From positions 27,840,001-27,904,000 of the forward strand of contig CM052818.1 of assembly GCA_028534125.1 (NCBI GenBank): a DNA stretch of 64,000 nucleotides, in the 5' to 3' direction. Shown one piece after another: positions 37,966 through 51,659 of this stretch (positions are counted from its first letter, which is position 1; the number at the start of each line of letters is the position of its first letter). Below the pieces are notes generated by a model, which saw only the letters and a list, made by a program, of their open reading frames with translations, did not search any database and had not been told where the DNA came from. Made by a program: the position numbers and the translations under genes. The DNA comes from Lama glama. Lineage: Eukaryota.

Positions 37966-40214
37966 TTTATTACAGTTACTTGGTTAGTCCCCACTTCTAA
38001 ACAAGTACCTCTGTCGTTCTTTATCCATTTGACATACACAGATAAGGTATGTTTTATGCATTAGGAGCTTAGTACTTGTTTGTTGAATGAATGATTAATA
38101 ATTCATTCTACAAATGAATGAATACACAGCAAATATCATTTTTATATCAGGTTCCCCCTTTTAAATTCCATGTGGGTTTAGAGATGATACTAATTACTTA
38201 CCTACTGGATAGTCAGTGTCATATTATTTTTATCATATACATTTTTTAAAGCCTAAAGCATAGAATTTACAACAACTTTTATCAACAGTGATTAAAGTGG
38301 AAGCAGTCATGAACACAGATTTATTCATAATAAATAATGGGACCATGTTTCTAACCTATAATGTGAGCCAAGAGGTTAAGAGAACTTTGGGGCAGCGTAA
38401 TTGTATTGGTCATAGTGACCCAAGGTATTATTGCCATTCCTAGGAAATGCCTTTGGAATTTCTCCTCTTTATTTCAGTTGTCTAATAGAGAAGGGCATCG
38501 GAAAGTTAAGGGAGGAAAGAAGTCTACTATATAAAATCTGCATTAGACTCTTAAGAAAACCAAGATATATTGGGGTTTGGGAGGCAGTGTAGGTAAAAAC
38601 ATGTCATTATGGTAAATGGAGGTTAATGTCTCCTGATACTGTATTTCTATCAAGATGGCTTACACACTGTTAATGAAGAAACCAGCGCAAGGGGGGAAGA
38701 TGAGTGACTTGTTTTCAGGCATATACCAGCTGAAGCAAAATGAAAGGCTTAAAGCATTTTTTAATCCTCCCTACTTATTTATGTTGCATTATGGATCAAA
38801 TAAAATGATACCTATAAAAACTGTATGGTACGGCAGAAAAGTTCTTATTTCAAAACATTCAGGGAAGTATTGGGGTGAAATCATAGCTACTCTATCCAAG
38901 GCAATATTCTGAAGGTAGTAACCAAAATTGTTAGAAAGCATCTACTAAGTACTTGACTCTGAGTAGCTCTCCACTCCCCCAACTGTTTTTAATTGAACAA
39001 TACAGATAATTGTCTCCTGACCCCCAAGAAATTTTGGCTCTGATTAAATAGCCCAAGTAAGCACCAGATCAAGGACCAAGATCCAGAACTGTAAGTTTCA
39101 TTCTATGGCCTTTGCCATAATCATGCCACCTCCCAATTCATGATTAGGTCGTATGCTTAAAATATGAAAGAAAGCATGATTTAGTGTGTCACTGTAAGGA
39201 GGTGATAATTATATTTAGAATACACTCAAGGCACAAATGATGTGCATAATAGGTTTGGGTCTCAGTTTTTAAAACCATGGCTTTATGGGTTTCCTGAAAG
39301 GGCATACAGTGGTGCATTTATTGTAAAGAGAAATCTTACATTATTTAAAGTAGATCAATATGAATTCAGCATGTTGATTAGCAGCAGTATTGAAATTTCT
39401 CAAATTCTAGTTTTATAATATTCCAATACCTAATTATGGGTAAAAATGAGTTCCCCGGTGACTGATCAAAGAGTAATTTTTATTTGGCCCCTACTTGAAT
39501 TTGAATGTCAACAAAGGATGCAGAAATACTTTTAGTTGGCAGAAGATAGTAGTGTCTTAAATCTTTTTCTCCCTTGCATATCATGACTTAAATATTACAT
39601 ATCATGTCCTTGCACCACAACCTACATTAAATTTAATGGCACAAAACTCTAATGATTCAATATGTTGCATTCAGATTCAGTAGTGATAATGTATATTTTT
39701 ATTTCCATATGCCACCATGAAACAAAAACACTTCACAAAAATAAACCAGAGGTGTCTTATGTATTTTAACAATATTTATGCTCTTGCTGCTTTAATCAAT
39801 GCATTGTGTTTCCAAAATTGAATTGAGGACAATTATTGTCAATTGAAAAAAGAAGAACTTCCTTAAGTCAGGATATGTTATGGTATAGGTGGAAATTACA
39901 TACTATTGATTTCACTTACAGGAGGAGTAGTTATATTGTGTCTATTCTTACTATGATGTTGCTTCATCTGAAAGAAATGGCTATGCATAGATTTAACTCC
40001 TTTTAGTAAATGGTTTCCTAAACTTTCATGTTATATTTTAAATTAAACCTATCCAAATTGAACAGACTCATATTAGAGCATGTCTTTTTCTTTCCTGAAT
40101 CCTCATTTGCCATCCTTTATATTACAAGTGTTTTGCTTTTGTCAATGAGACACCATTCTCCTAGACTTAGTGTAGTAATTTCAAGCTGATTTCTTTCATT
40201 GATCCCCATTCTCT

Positions 40215-40806
40215 CTCTCTCTCTCTTTTTTTAATTGAAGTATAGTCAGTTTACAATGTTATGTCAGTTTCTGGTGTACAGCATAATAGTTCAGTCATAC
40301 ATATACATACATATGTTCATTTTCATACTCTTTTTCATTATAGGTTACTATAAGATATTGAATATAGTGCCCTATGCTATACAGTATAAACTTGTTGTTT
40401 ATCTATTTTGGATATAGTAGTTAGTATCTGCAAATCTCGAACTCCCAATTTATCCCTTCCCACCCCCTTCCCCACCCCCCACCCCCCAGTAACCATAAAT
40501 TTGTTTTCTACGTCTGTGAGACTGTTTCTGTTTTGTGAATAAGTTCACATTTCTTTTTTTTTTAGATTCCACATAAAAGTGATATCATATGGTACTTTTC
40601 TCTCTCTTTCTGGCTTACTTCACCTAGAATGATAATCTCTAGGTCCGTCCATATTGCTGCAAAAGGCATTATTTTATTATTTTTTATGGCTGAGTAGTAT
40701 TCCATTGTATAAATATACCACAACTTCTTTATCCAATCATCTCTTAATGAGCATTTAGGTTGTTTACATGTCTGACTATTGTAAGTAGTGCTGTTATGAA
40801 CATTGG
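40215..40806 (-). mobile_element. Relatively young 5'-truncated L1 (camelid/cetartiodactyl 3' end)
   Basis: Poly(T) followed by ttaattgaagtatagtcagtttacaatgtt...tttatggctgagtagtattccattgt...atgaacattggg. 14-bp TSD gatccccattctct / gatcctcattctct (one mismatch). Confidence 0.93.
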
Positions 40807-41014
40807 GATCCTCATTCTCTTTTTAATTAGCCATCATGCCCTGTCACTTTTCCTTCAAAAAACCTTTCATACGCATATTTCCTCTATTTTTCTATTCTTA
40901 CTATCATTGTAATTTATACCCAAATTAACCTGAAGGATTTCCAGAAGAATGAGGGGACCAATCTTGGATGCTGTACAACCAAGAATAACACAGCCACTGG
41001 AAACACCATCTACG

Positions 41015-41158
41015 TTATGATCTTCATTTTTAAACCAAGGAGGCTGAAACTCAGATAAGTTGAGGGTTTTGCCCAAGGTCATAAAGTTAGTAACTGGCAG
41101 AGTTTAACTTGGAATCTTGACCCATGCTCATTCAACTCTGCTAACCGCAACCTGCCTC
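41015..41158 (-). mobile_element. MIR SINE
   Basis: ctgaaactcagataagttgagggttttgcccaaggtcataaagttagtaactggcagag. Confidence 0.78.
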
Positions 41159-42419
41159 AAGGAGAGGGACATTGTGATGCTTGATATTGTTTTAAGTGTG
41201 CTAGTTTTCCCAACACATTATTAACTTCTTAAATTAATTTTGTCTTTAATTTCTTTAAAAATGGTACTTAAATGTTGATGCAGTAAGCATAATTCTCTGT
41301 GAGTTAGGGTGTGATACAGAGAACATTAGCAGGAAAATTGAGTACCTTTATCTCCCAGATCATAAAGCTTTGATCTCTGGGTGTGGTCATGTGATCTTTA
41401 GTAACGAGCTTAGCTTATATTTAATTGATTCAGGAAAGAGGAGTATGTGGGAGGCCACAGTGGGGCCTATCAGAACAAATATCAAATGCTGGATTACAGG
41501 AGAATCTACAAGATGTTGGGATCAGAGGAGCTAGAATGGTCCAATGCAGTACTCTTGCTGAATATTTAAAATAATGCTCTATGAAACTTGTCATCAGCAG
41601 AGAAATGCATTGTGGTTCAGAGTCACATTCTGAACTGAGAGTTACAAGATTGTATTTTAATATATTTATATATTGATTTTGTTTTGGAAGAACACTGTAT
41701 ATATAGAAAATATTTGTCTAGCCTGTCCAGGAATATTTGAAAATGCACCAAAAAAGGTTAAAATGTTACCTAGGTGGTTTGACACAACCAAGTTATGCTC
41801 ATTATCCAAAGTTTAGTATCATGTTACAGTACCTGATGTTAGGCTCCTTTGCTCTCTGCTATACAAGGCAATATAATTATTCTTTTTAGTAATGGCATAC
41901 TATCTTTTCATTATCAAGAACTCAGTCAAAATCTACTTTGATCATTTTTGTTTAATTAATTCCCTGTTTTGCTTCATTAGATAATCTTTTTTTTTAAATA
42001 CACCCTCTACCATGGGGACATTAACAACTTTCTACTTCAGAAATGGACCAAAATTGCCTCAGGTTATTTCTAGCTTAAAAATTTTCAGACTCCATAGCTA
42101 GAGCATCACAGGTCATCTAATCAGGCTTACTCATTAAAGAACAGTCAGTCCATAACCCATGAGAGTATCTCTTCTTGTGGCTTGTCTAAGGTCAGTGATT
42201 TTTTTTCTGGGTTATTACTTCCATGGGTCTTTTGTGCTTAAAGATTTTTAATTTGCATAATTTCTTCCAAGAAAATGAGCTCATTATTTTTCAAAAATTT
42301 AATACTATTTCTGTCTTCTGTTCATATTTATAACTTTATATTTGGACTTTGCAACTGTAGGGCACATCTTATAGTTTACATATATGTCTATTTCTCTTCT
42401 GAATAACAGGAAATTCTTC

Positions 42420-42760
42420 ATATTATTCATTCATTTACTCCTTAATTTTTTTGTTCACCAAAATCATTTATTGATCTCAGTGTTAGATACTGTATTTATT
42501 ACGGTAAGATGGCTGGTAACAGTATCTGCCCTTAATGAATTTATGATCTAGTAGAAATGATAAACATTGTATAAGTCATATTTTGTATTTGTTGTTTTAA
42601 TTCCAAATCTGTCATGTATACACTGAAATATTGGACAAGTTATAAGGTCTTACTTGAATAACTTCTTATGTGGTCATTGAAGGCATTAAACAAGAAAATA
42701 TATACAAATTGCTTGGTATAATAACTCAAAATTCACTGTATGCTATTATATTTTTATTTT
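42420..42760. mobile_element. L2 3' tail (-) followed by a MIR fragment (+)
   Basis: attcattcatttactc...ctgcccttaatgaatttatgatctagt, then ttggacaagtta...cattaaacaagaaaatatat...gcttggtataataactcaa. Confidence 0.55.
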
Positions 42761-43127
42761 ATTTTATTACACATGGTAGAATTATAAGTGCTATGACAGA
42801 CACTGAGAATATGTTCTGAAGATTCAGTTGAATCATGATACCTCCTGAGGGGCTGACATAATTCAGATCTTATTTAATTGAGTAAAATAGGGGGGTAAGT
42901 GTTAGTCAAACTTCTACTTTTATGATACACTCCTTTAAGCCTGTCATGTGCTTGGCTAGATGTCTACTGATTATAAACAAGTAAAATAAGGAAAGAGAAA
43001 GTGAAGGACTGGGAAGAGGGGAAAAAAGAAGGAAAGTAGGCAAAACTGAAAAATGACATAATGAAGAGCCAGAAGTCAATTTGAAAAGGAGTCTAGTAGG
43101 ATGCCAATACTAGGGAGAGAAGAATCA

Positions 43128-43524
43128 TGTTAAAAAATTCACCTGTGCAAATTTTAAAGCTCTTAAAGGCTTTATTCAGTGATTCATAGCATTCATTGAA
43201 TAGTGTCTATAGCATCCAATCTTGCAGATAGAAAGGAACTTTGAGGAACTGTGTACTATGAAAAAGACTTTAATACACAGAAGGGAGCAGGAACAAGGGA
43301 GATATACTAGGCAAAAAGTAGAATGGTTATGACAAGGTCACTTTCCTTTAGGGGATGGCAGCAGTCTGTCAGTCAGATTACCTCACTAGCACTAATTACC
43401 AATTGACTGGTTTAAGATTCCATTTCTGGGAGAGTTCAAACTGTAATTAAGTCTCCTCTTAGTTTGGTGACATGGGGCTTAGCATAAACAACTCCATTTG
43501 GAGCCAGTTGTCTTGTTTTTAACA
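43128..43524 (-). mobile_element. ERV1-class solo LTR
   Basis: 9-bp terminal inverted repeat tgttaaaaa...tttttaaca, minus-strand AATAAA (tttatt 43171-43176), and ERV1-LTR-type aaatggagtt...atgctaagcccc on the minus strand. Confidence 0.8.
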
Positions 43525-43889
43525 AAAAAAGAGGATAAGAGTGTTACAGATGAAAACAGATTATTATTAACTCATCTCTAATGTATTTGCATAAAGTTAG
43601 AAAAGGAGTCTGCATTATTTGGCAAAAAGCTTCGATAGTAATGAGCATTTAGAGATTTTTTTATGATGACAAAATAGCTTCAGTGTCTCTTATTCATAAA
43701 ACCACATCCATACATATTCATACATCATTTATTTTTAAGGACAGAATCATCATTGGCAGGAGGGAGAAACATATATAAAAACAAAAATTATAATTAATAT
43801 ATGTGACAATCACTGCCGGTTACCTACCATCTTTTTATTTTAGAACCCATTTTTTTTTTTGAGGTATGAGTGACACTATTTTCAGGGTA

Positions 43890-44287
43890 CATTAACCCTT
43901 AGACAATCCCATTTCTCCCCTGTGTTCTAAAGGAGGGCAAATGACCTGTTATGACTAATGAGACCTGAGGTGAAGTTCCTGAGAGAGATTTTCCTCCTTA
44001 ATAAAAAGAGATGGGCATAAAGAATTGCAGGCTTACATCTTTATCCTTCTTCCTGCTTTGGATTGCAGTTGTTGGAGGCATTACTATAGTTATCCATGTA
44101 ATCATAAAAGAAAAGTCAAAAGAATCATAAAGCAGGTAACTCAGTATTTTAAGACCATTGGGCCACTGAATCAATTTTGAAATAACTACTTACATTTGAA
44201 ATTAATATTACCCAAGACAATAAACTCTCATTTTAGGCTACCTTTGGTATTCTGATCTTACTGATTGAGGAATCCTAATTGAATCAT
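43890..44287 (+). mobile_element. Old MLT1J/K-like LTR
   Basis: atgacctgttatgactaatgaga...gattttcctccttaataaaaagaga...ttcttcctgctttgga...gccactgaatcaa...atcctaattgaat. Confidence 0.6.
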
Positions 44288-44814
44288 AGTACAAATTAAT
44301 TAAAAAAACCCAAAAAACTTCCCCTTTAAGGTGACTGCAAGAACGCAGAAGAAATACCAGAATGATGAAGAAATAATATTCCACATTTCCTGTAACACAA
44401 TCCAATGTCATAAAATATTCAGATATGTTACTTCTCTAATTTATATGTTTACTGACCCTAGAAATTTATTTTGGGGAATTTTGATCATTAAAAAACCCTG
44501 ATGTAGCATCTGAACTTTTAGGATCATATCAGCCATCACATTTGAAATTCACCACTGAAATTTCATTTGGAAAATTATTTTTTTCAAGATTGGGTTTATA
44601 AAATTACAAAAATTGTACATCTAAAAATACACACACATACACAGGAACACATGCAAACACACATAGCTTAACATTCAGGGTCAGCTAACCACTGTTTGCC
44701 TTTGAATATACCAGTAAATGAGTAAGTTACCTAATTTGAAATCTACTATAATTATATGATACAACAGATACTAATTTGTTTACCTATGTGTAGAAATTTT
44801 AAGACCAGTATGTC

Positions 44815-45710
44815 AGTATGGAAAACAGCTTACTGGAACTTTGTTTGGTATTGCATTGAATCTATAGAAAAAATTGTGGGCAACTAACACTTTAAAAATG
44901 TTAGGTCTTCCAATCCTTGAACACAATATAACTCTTCATTTGTTAAGACCTGTGTTGGTTTCTTTCATTAGTGATGTGTAGTGTTGATCATATAAATCCT
45001 GCATCTGTTTTGTTAGGTACATATATCTAAGTATTTCATTTTTGGGGTGCTATTATTTTTTTATTTTTAAAGTGGCATTCTTTTCAAAATTTCAAATTCC
45101 AAATTTTTATTGTTGGTTATATAGGATATAACTGGCTTGTTTATTGACCTTATACCCTGCAATCTGTAAAATGTAGATTATATAATGTAAACTCATATGT
45201 TAATTTGCTCTACTTTTTCTGGCTTTTTAAGAGAGAAGTTTAAGTTATTGATTTAGGACCCGTCTTATTGTCTAATATAAGTGCTTAATGCTATAATTTC
45301 CTCTCTCTGTACTGCTTTAGCCACATACCTCAAATTTGGATATGTTGTATTTTAATTTTCATCCATTTCTAAATATTTTAATTTATTTTGACTTCTTCTT
45401 TGAACAATGAATTGTTTAGATGTATGTTATTTAATTTCTAAATATTTGGGGGTATTACAGCTGTTATTTCTGGTTTAATTTTATTATAGACTGAGACCAT
45501 TTTACAGGACTTCTATTCTTTTAAATTTGTTAAGATTTGCATGACAGCTTATAATATGGTCTATCTTGGAGAATACTACTTTTGCATTTGAAAGAAAGTG
45601 TATTCTGATTCTGCTGTTGTTGGGTGGAGTGTTCTACAAAGTTGAAGATTTAGTTGGTTAATAGCCTTGCTCAGAACCTCTGTATCCTTCCTTTCAGTCT
45701 GTCCTTTTTT
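44815..45710 (-). mobile_element. L1 ORF2 fragments (L1M-type)
   Basis: tggtattgcattgaatctataga...gtcttccaatcc..., and tttggatatgttgtattt...tctgctgttgttgggtggagtgttcta. Confidence 0.85.
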
Positions 45711-46018
45711 TTCCCTTCAGGTAATTTTTTTTTTTTTTAAGTTTTGTATATATTTATGTAATCAAAAAATCATTTGTTCACTACATTTTTTTTAAAAAAC
45801 CACTACATTAACATAGTAATAAAAAATACATTGTATTCCATTCATTTACATTTGTATATTTCACATGTGGAGTACTAAATGTAAATTTTGTATTTTATAT
45901 TTTCCAATGATTTCCTCTGAGCTTTTATAGAATCATAATAATTACTGTATAGTCATTATAAGGTGAATAAAATTGGATAAAATTCTTAGATGGCATTATT
46001 TCAAATAATAAATGATAA

Positions 46019-46518
46019 NNNNNNNNNNNNNNNNNNNNNNNNNNNNNNNNNNNNNNNNNNNNNNNNNNNNNNNNNNNNNNNNNNNNNNNNNNNNNNNNNN
46101 NNNNNNNNNNNNNNNNNNNNNNNNNNNNNNNNNNNNNNNNNNNNNNNNNNNNNNNNNNNNNNNNNNNNNNNNNNNNNNNNNNNNNNNNNNNNNNNNNNNN
46201 NNNNNNNNNNNNNNNNNNNNNNNNNNNNNNNNNNNNNNNNNNNNNNNNNNNNNNNNNNNNNNNNNNNNNNNNNNNNNNNNNNNNNNNNNNNNNNNNNNNN
46301 NNNNNNNNNNNNNNNNNNNNNNNNNNNNNNNNNNNNNNNNNNNNNNNNNNNNNNNNNNNNNNNNNNNNNNNNNNNNNNNNNNNNNNNNNNNNNNNNNNNN
46401 NNNNNNNNNNNNNNNNNNNNNNNNNNNNNNNNNNNNNNNNNNNNNNNNNNNNNNNNNNNNNNNNNNNNNNNNNNNNNNNNNNNNNNNNNNNNNNNNNNNN
46501 NNNNNNNNNNNNNNNNNN
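46019..46518. other. Assembly gap (500 N)
   Basis: Run of exactly 500 N. Confidence 1.
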
Positions 46519-46719
46519 TGTTTTCATTTTTTAATATTTTTAAGATATACCTTTTTATTTTTAAAATTTCATCCCTAGCAATTGGCTGTACTTCACAGGG
46601 AGGGGGGAAAGGTAAAGTATATTAAATTCACAAACTATATTAGGGGGAAGAAAAGAAAGACATGTAAATGAGGTAATTATAAGGTCTGTTGTAGGAAGTT
46701 TACACATTGAGGACTGTTA

Positions 46720-48035
46720 TTTCTTCTTAGAGAATTGACCCCTTTATCATTCTGTAATGTCCCTATTTAGTCCTGTTAGTATGGCTTATTATAAACTCTA
46801 CTTTATCTGACAATAATTTCCTATTTCACTTTTCTTTTGTTCACTATTTGCATAGTATATTTTTTCTCTATCCTTTTATTTTTGACTTATTTTATCTTTA
46901 AAGTGAATTTCTTCTAGATAGCATGTAATTGATTCTTGCTCTTGTATTCAGAAGTAATCTCTATTTTTAACTAGTCTTTTTTAGACCATTTACACAAGTG
47001 ATTATTGATATAAATAAGAGCTACTGTTTTGCTAACTGATTTCTAGTTATTCCCTCTGTTCCTTTTTCCTTCCTTTTTTTTGTGTGGGGGGTATATTGGT
47101 CATTTTATATTATTAATTTCTATCTTGTGTATTATTAATTATAACTTTTAAAATTTTGGTAATTTTTCCTAAGAATATGTATGTATATTTAACCAGTTTA
47201 TCTTGAACAATATTATGTATAGTTTAAGGACCTTATGACACTATTTCTATTTCTTTCCTTCATCCTCTGTGCTATTGTGTTAAGACTCTATTTTTTCACA
47301 TGCTAAAAACATGGAGTGTATAGGTTTTTACTTTTACTTTAGACAGTTTACCTTTTAGCACAATTCACAATAAAATATTTAACATTTTTCTTTATTTTAA
47401 AAATTTTCTGTGCTCCTCATTTTTTGGTGTAGATTCAAGATTCAGCCTATATTGTTCCAGTCTGGAAACCTTCCTTTGACAGTTCATGTGGAGTAGCTGG
47501 AATAGCAATAAATGTCCTCTTTTTTGGGAGGGGGTAGGGAAGTCTTTATCTCCTTTACCTTTGAAGGAAAATTTCACTGGATATAAAGTTCTAGGTTGGT
47601 GTTTCCTTTTCTTTCTCCACTTTAAATATTTCACTCAACTCTTCTTTTTTTGCATTGTTTCTGCCAAGAAGTTCATTTGTAATTCATATCCTTTTTCCTC
47701 CATAGGGAAGATGTTTTTCCTACCACTCCCACTTGGTCTTCTTTTAAGATTCTCTCCTTGTCTTTGTCTTTGATTTTTCTTCTCTTCTGCATATGAAGTG
47801 CTCATGTGTGGTTTTTGTGTATGTGTGTGGATTGGAGGGGGTGGGTATTTGTTGTTTGGATCTGTGGTTTGGAAAATTCTTACCCATAATCACTTGATAC
47901 ATTTCTTCTGTTTTCTCTTTCTCCTTCTGGTATTTACAACTATGTTTCACCTTTGAAGTTATCCCACAGTTCTTGAATGTTCTGTTCTGCTTAAATGTTT
48001 TTCTCTTTGCATTTCAGTTTGTAAAGTTTTTGTTA
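46720..48035 (-). mobile_element. L1 fragment covering ORF1 and the start of ORF2
   Basis: gaattgaccccttatcatt-like ORF2 start region. Minus-strand ORF 47392-47634 (QPRTLYPVKFSFK) resembles the L1 ORF1p C-terminal motif QPRILYPAKLSF. Confidence 0.85.
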
Positions 48036-49829
48036 TTCTAAAAATATATTCCTAATCATCATTAGTGAAGTGGGAATATGTCTGCCTGTTGGATAAAGAC
48101 TGTGTATGTTAGACATTAGGAAGGGCACTTCAGGCGTTTAGTTTCCTGCTTTTATGAGTCAGAAAGCCTTTTCAATTTTTCTGAAACAATGTCCTTAAAG
48201 TTCATGACTGAGAAGATTTTGCAAAGTGAAAATGCTACCTACTAAAACTTACATATTCTAGCTAGAGAGTGCAGTTATTTTGATAATATTTGATGGATTG
48301 ACACTTCTCATTTGGAGAAGCCATTCTTAGAATGAATGAATAGTTTTAGAAATCACTGAAATCAAGAGTAAGTCAGGGAGAGTTGATCTTCACCTAATTG
48401 CTTTACTTAGTTGACACTATCTTGATGAAGATGGACAGATGTAGCCAAATTTTGTCAGTTTCCATGCCTTTTTTTTCTTTTTGAGAAGAAATGGGAAGCA
48501 TCCCACAGTAAAAACTACTGCATTGGAGAAAGGCTCTTCTTGAAGATTTTGTGGCAGAAGAGGTTTCTCCATTTATAGTTTTGATGACACACTTATCAGA
48601 TTAATGGCTTATTTTATTTTGTCATTGTTATTATTATTTTGCTGGTTTGGTATTATGGACAACTAAAAATGTTCTTTATTTCTTCGATGTTCTTCATTCT
48701 GTATCAGATATTTATAGACCACCTTTGATGTGTGATGCCACGTACTGGGATACAAAGATGAAAGCATGAGCTCTCTTCTGTCTCAATCTGTTTACAGCAT
48801 ATAGTTCATAACTAGAAATTCTTATTCTCCTTCTTTTAGATTCTTATGTTTGTCTATAGTCTGGAGCATTTTTTAATGTCCACGGGCATTTGAGTTCTGG
48901 TGTTAAAAGTATAGGAGTATAATTTTAATGCCAGACCCAAGAAAGTCTTATATGCTCTTTGTCTTTATTTCAATTTTGAATACCTTCAAGTTGAACACTT
49001 AAATAAATATTGACTGCTAAAATCTGAAGATTCTGCTTTGATCTGTATATTTGATTTATTGATTGTTTTTAGTTTGTAGTAATATGTCACTGATTAAATT
49101 CACATTGTACAGTTTGGTAGCTACAGTTTTTAGATTAAAAACACATGTGCCTTAAGAAAAAGCATGTTTTTTAGAAGTTTGGGTACTCTGTTTTCTCACG
49201 GTTCAATGAAAACCTCAGCCTGTTGAATTTCAACTCACACTGCAAGGCGCATCACTTTTGCTAAGCCTTGTTCAGTTTGGCTGTGAGCATCCTATATTGC
49301 TGTGTGAACCTGAAAGCTCAGCGTTTCTTTTATTTGCTGATTTTATACCTAATGTGTTTCCAGTGCAATAGTAGTACAGCTGTTATTATGAATTTTATAT
49401 ATGAATTTGTATCTTAAAGTCTTCCAGAAACAGCAGTAACAACAGCAAACTATAGTTTTAGATCCCTAGAGTAAGAAACAAATATGTATTCAGTTCTATA
49501 TACATATTTTTATAATGGATATTTTAAATTAATAATAATAGCCTAGATATTTCCTTACATATATCTAAGGATAGCTTCAGAGTGAAAACATGAAAGCATA
49601 ATCTGCTATAAATGGAGAACTATGATATGTAGGAAACCAGGGCATGGGTTTTCTGTACATATCTCAAAGAAAGAAAATAAAGATGTGATTTACTATTTAA
49701 AAGCTTTCCATTTAAGAATTTTTAAAAAGAGAGTCTTGATCACATTTTTTTTGCTGTGCAGATGCAAGTGAGTGTTTTTAATTCTACTAAAGTTCATTCT
49801 ACTGAATGTTGCGTAATATGTTGTGGACT

Positions 49830-50500
49830 GAACTTGACCCAGCTCTCTCTTTGGAGATCCAGTCCTGTTCATTCAATTGACTTTTGAACATCTCTTCATA
49901 AATGGTGTTGGGATTGCTCAAGTTCAACATGTCTAATACTGAATCCCTCCACACAAAGTCCTTGCTAAGTGCTTGCTCTTTCTTGATACCCAAAGAATTA
50001 GAGCCTGGGATTCATGAAAACACTACCCTATCCCTGGCTGCTCAAGATAGAAAGCTCTATCTTCTTACATCAGCCACTCAATCAATTAAGTGGATTAAAT
50101 AATTCTCTGTATCTCACCACCCATCTTTGGTTTAGGCTTTCAACATTTCTCATCTAAATTTCTGAAATAGCCCCAAACTAGTTCCTTTGGCTTAAAATAA
50201 GTTTCCATACAATCCACTGCCCATATTTCTACCTTGTCTTCAGAATATAATATAAGCATTTATATATAATATGCCAGACTTTTTATGACATGTCTGCACT
50301 CTGTGCTTGTTTGTTTTTTTATACAAGGGCTGTACATTTATGAAGCCACTTTTAGTCTAAACCTCATGCTCTTTCTGCCTCCTTGTTTTTGCCCCTATGA
50401 CTGTTTTAGCCAGTAATGTTTATCTATCCTTCTACTGACTAACTTTTATAACATCTTTTCTGGGATTCTGTCCCTTATTCCCACCCTGATTTAGATGCCT
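49830..50500 (+). mobile_element. L2c-like fragment
   Basis: ctcaagttcaacatgtctaatactgaa...catttctcatctaaatt...aatagcc. Confidence 0.7.
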
Positions 50501-51659
50501 GTTCCCACCGTGTTGGGCTCCATTCACTTTCGTGTCTGCTTTATTTATCTGCTTTATTTATCTGATCATCAGAAGGACCATGGCTTAAAGGACACCATCC
50601 TAGGACACAACTCCTCCTTGAAGAGTCTTCTTAAGTGAACATCTTCACTGACTCTCTCTCCCATTCTCTCTTTGATGTTTTATTTGGTCTTTCTTTGGTT
50701 GTTGCTTTGTTTATATAGTTGGTCACAATTTTAGTAACTAAACCTTTATCATTCCATTCCATCCATTAAACTACTTTCGTTCTTTCTCCCAGAGAAGATT
50801 CTTACATTGGGTGAAATACTAAACTGAATGATCCCTGAAGTCCCTTTTGACTGAGATTTTGGGATTTTATTATTCTATATTCTTTTACTTCTTGTTTACA
50901 GTATTGTAATGGAAAAGGATGCAGAGTTGTAGCCACAACAAGCTGTACCTCTCTAGCATCTGAACCCTAGTTTTTTGTATGAATTGGCATATTGGTCTTT
51001 TCCTTGAGTCCCTAAGCATGCTTTCTTCTGATGATGCTCTAGATTTGCCACCACAATTCCCAGGCTTTCCAGTAACTCTATTCAATAAACTGCTTAGAAG
51101 GTAGTCATGTTTTAGGGATTATCTGTGGTCTTAAAATATCGCTAGTCTCTTCAGGTTTCTGTGAGTTTATGCAAAACAGTGCTTAAAGACATTCTTAACA
51201 CAGTCATTGAGAAATAGTAAGGTCTCAATAAATGTCACCTCTTTTTTTTAACATATTAAATAACACAGTGTTCTTGTAAAACTGCAAGCCGTGATACTGG
51301 AGTGACACATCTTTAGAATGGAGTGTGTGTGTGTTATATATATATTACACACACAAAGAGAAAAAAAGTTGGATAAAAGATAAGTAAGTATTAGAGACCA
51401 AGGGATGTGAATGAAGCTGATAAACTGAACTTTGAAGTGTTTGATCTTCAGTGGCCTCAGAACTCTATTGCTTCTAAGGGTAAGATTCAAAGGCCTTGAA
51501 AGAAAATGAAGAATCTTTTATTTGAATGCCAAACAAATTCTGTTGCCTCTTGAATTATTGAGCCACTGTAAGAATTTGTTTCCTTAGAGAATAAGAATAT
51601 ATTATTTCATAGTTTTTGACCATATAGATAAAAGGCAGTGAATGAGCTCTCTTCTATCA

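Noticed and set aside
45925..46625. Three longest ORFs (188-211 aa)
   Set aside because: They are artefacts of translating the 500-N gap.
49234..49320. Possible minus-strand exon (tttcag ... gtgagt)
   Set aside because: All frames contain stops and the pyrimidine tract is weak.
50535..50564. 13-bp tandem duplication tctgctttattta (similar 9-bp ones near 21053 and 30812)
   Set aside because: These are ordinary replication-slippage microduplications.
51323..51355. (TG)n-(TA)n-(CA)n palindrome
   Set aside because: The self-complementarity comes from simple-repeat composition.
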